From: Clostridia bacterium | Lineage (GTDB): Bacteria; Bacillota; Clostridia; Oscillospirales; CAG-382 | Direction: 5' to 3' | NCBI GenBank assembly: GCA_017399965.1 | Contig: JAFQAP010000019.1 | Location: forward strand, 543 to 64,542 | DNA: 64,000 nt | Notes under the pieces: model-generated | What the model saw: only the letters and a program-made list of their open reading frames with translations | Told to the model about the DNA's origin: nothing | Database searches by the model: none | In this document: positions 62,578 through 64,000 of the stretch, in pieces | Numbering within the stretch: position 1 is the stretch's first letter | How the letters are laid out: each line of letters opens with the position of its first letter | Position numbers and translations under genes: made by a program

Positions 62578-63255
62578 CTACTCCTTGGCACTCAGTAAAT
62601 CGGAAACCTTTTGTATAACTTCTCGGTGAATATCCTCACGGGTGCGTAAGGAAACTCCGTCGGATACATCTATTCTGTCCCAACCGTATTTTTCGGAAAC
62701 GTACAAAGCCGCTTCATAGCTTTTATACAGGTGGTCTGCGTCTTTTTCGTGAATATCCTTTTTTGCTCCCGTTTCGTCGCACCGCTTTTGTATAAGGGAA
62801 AATGAAACTTCGGGAGGCTGGCAAAGGTAGATCACTTTATCAGGCGTGGGAAGTCCCAGCTTTTTCCATTCGTAATCGAACAGCCATTCTAAAAAATCGT
62901 CTCTTTTTTCTTTTGGTATCTTACTGCACTGATGCACCGCATTTGCGGTGGTGTATCTGTTTGCAATAATTATTTTACCCTCGTCGTAATCTTTTTTCCA
63001 ATCCATTATAAAGGAAAGATATCTGTCTGCCGCGAAAAAAGCGGATGCGGCATAGCCGTTAATATCATCGGGATTTTCCCCGAACTCGCCGGAAAGATAT
63101 TTGTTTACGAAAAAAGAATATGTATCGTCATAGGTGGGGAAGGTTACGTAGCGGTAGGGAATACCCTGCTTTTCCAGATAATCGGTAAGCAGGTGCGTCT
63201 GCGTATTCTTTCCCGAACCGTCCAGCCCGTCAAAGGCTATAAGCATTTTTTTCAT
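62578..63255 (-). CDS. tmk: thymidylate (dTMP) kinase family protein
   Basis: P-loop AFDGLDGSGKNTQ, 225 aa. Its ATG overlaps the thyX stop by 1 nt. Confidence 0.7.
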   Translation of the reverse strand: MKKMLIAFDGLDGSGKNTQTHLLTDYLEKQGIPYRYVTFPTYDDTYSFFVNKYLSGEFGENPDDINGYAASAFFAADRYLSFIMDWKKDYDEGKIIIANRYTTANAVHQCSKIPKEKRDDFLEWLFDYEWKKLGLPTPDKVIYLCQPPEVSFSLIQKRCDETGAKKDIHEKDADHLYKSYEAALYVSEKYGWDRIDVSDGVSLRTREDIHREVIQKVSDLLSAKE

Positions 63256-64000
63256 CAGAGTGCGCTAAACCTTTCTTTTACTTCCTTTGCCTTGCCGCAA
63301 GTCATACTGCCTTCGGGACATCTGCCTTTAAGGCAGGGAGGTCCTGCGTGGGCAAACAAGAGGGGATATGTGTTTCTGGCAAGACGGAGCATTTCCGTTG
63401 CAAGCTGTCTTATTTCCCATTGAGCACGGTTGCAGCAACGCAACGCAAAGAAATTATACAGGCTTCGCACGTTCATAGTCATAATTATCTTGGTATCGCA
63501 GGCATTGGGAAGCACTCCGCGGGCGTCCTCGAAGGCTTGCTTGGAAGCCGCTTTTTCCGCCTGCTTTTGGTCCATACCTTCAGCAACCAGTCTTTTTACG
63601 TGCTTTTCGGTAAGTATTTCCGCAAGACGGATATAGTGCTGTCTGTCTTCTTCCATTGCTTTAAGAAATTCTGCCTTGGCTTCTTCACATTCTTCTATTG
63701 CGGGAGGAATGATATACGTAAACTGCTCTTTGTTAACGTATCTCTGGCTTTGGACGGAAAAGGACGCAATTCTGTGGCGGGTTATCTGCGCCAGTACTGC
63801 GCGGGAAACTCCCTCAATACCGAAGGTGATGGAAACGTGCTCGAAGGGGGAGGCGTGTCCCAGATCTCCAAGCATTGTAAGAAATTTTTCGGTCTTTTCG
63901 GGAGTAAGTCCGTCCCAAAGGTCGGATATCTCCGATGATGAGTAGCAAAGTTTTGCCGCAGCGGCAATCAGTTTTTCGCCGTCCGGCGTGTAGGAAAGTA
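63255..64000 (-). CDS. thyX: FAD-dependent thymidylate synthase ThyX (N-terminus beyond window end)
   Basis: ThyX motif RHRIASFSVQSQRY. The frame stays open upstream of the listed Met to position 64000 (...TPDGEKLIAAAAKLCYSS...). Confidence 0.9.
   Translation of the reverse strand, partial: LSYTPDGEKLIAAAAKLCYSSSEISDLWDGLTPEKTEKFLTMLGDLGHASPFEHVSITFGIEGVSRAVLAQITRHRIASFSVQSQRYVNKEQFTYIIPPAIEECEEAKAEFLKAMEEDRQHYIRLAEILTEKHVKRLVAEGMDQKQAEKAASKQAFEDARGVLPNACDTKIIMTMNVRSLYNFFALRCCNRAQWEIRQLATEMLRLARNTYPLLFAHAGPPCLKGRCPEGSMTCGKAKEVKERFSAL

Overview
This looks like a chromosomal segment from a spore-forming Clostridia-class Firmicute. The dockerin/cohesin-type secreted proteins suggest an Oscillospiraceae/Ruminococcaceae-like organism, but that taxonomic guess is inference only. 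The window holds about 60 protein genes and 2 tRNA-Ser genes, and most are core functions. These include rplU-prp-rpmA-obg, prfA, a complete spoIIIAA-AH operon preceded by a spoVB-like flippase, pepT and galU. They also include a dCMP deaminase, rimI-tsaD, ogg, maf, an uninterrupted sigK, folD and lgt. The remaining core genes are an M16 peptidase pair, nagB-nagA, ispD-ispF, a U32 peptidase, mltG, a CPBP protease, a DJ-1 protein, and tmk-thyX (thyX runs off the end). The accessory content has three parts. The first is four dockerin-bearing secreted proteins, one of which also has a cohesin-like domain and Cys-rich tandem modules. The second is a regulator/DUF4434/SGNH-esterase locus with a tandem gene duplication. 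The third is several small orphan genes. I found no CRISPR array, cas genes, transposase, integrase, prophage or recognisable defence/toxin system, and I cannot honestly name a new protein-based system here. The most unusual content is non-coding and consists of four things. (1) Three dyad-symmetric arrays pair a constant 7-8 nt motif with variable mini-hairpins. (2) 20-bp-periodic direct repeats bracket a small lipoprotein gene next to tRNA-Ser(GGA). (3) Several dispersed REP/MITE-like hairpin families fill most long intergenic regions. (4) A cluster of 7 DnaA boxes lies downstream of tsaD. All protein calls rest on my reading of the supplied translations, and no database search was run.
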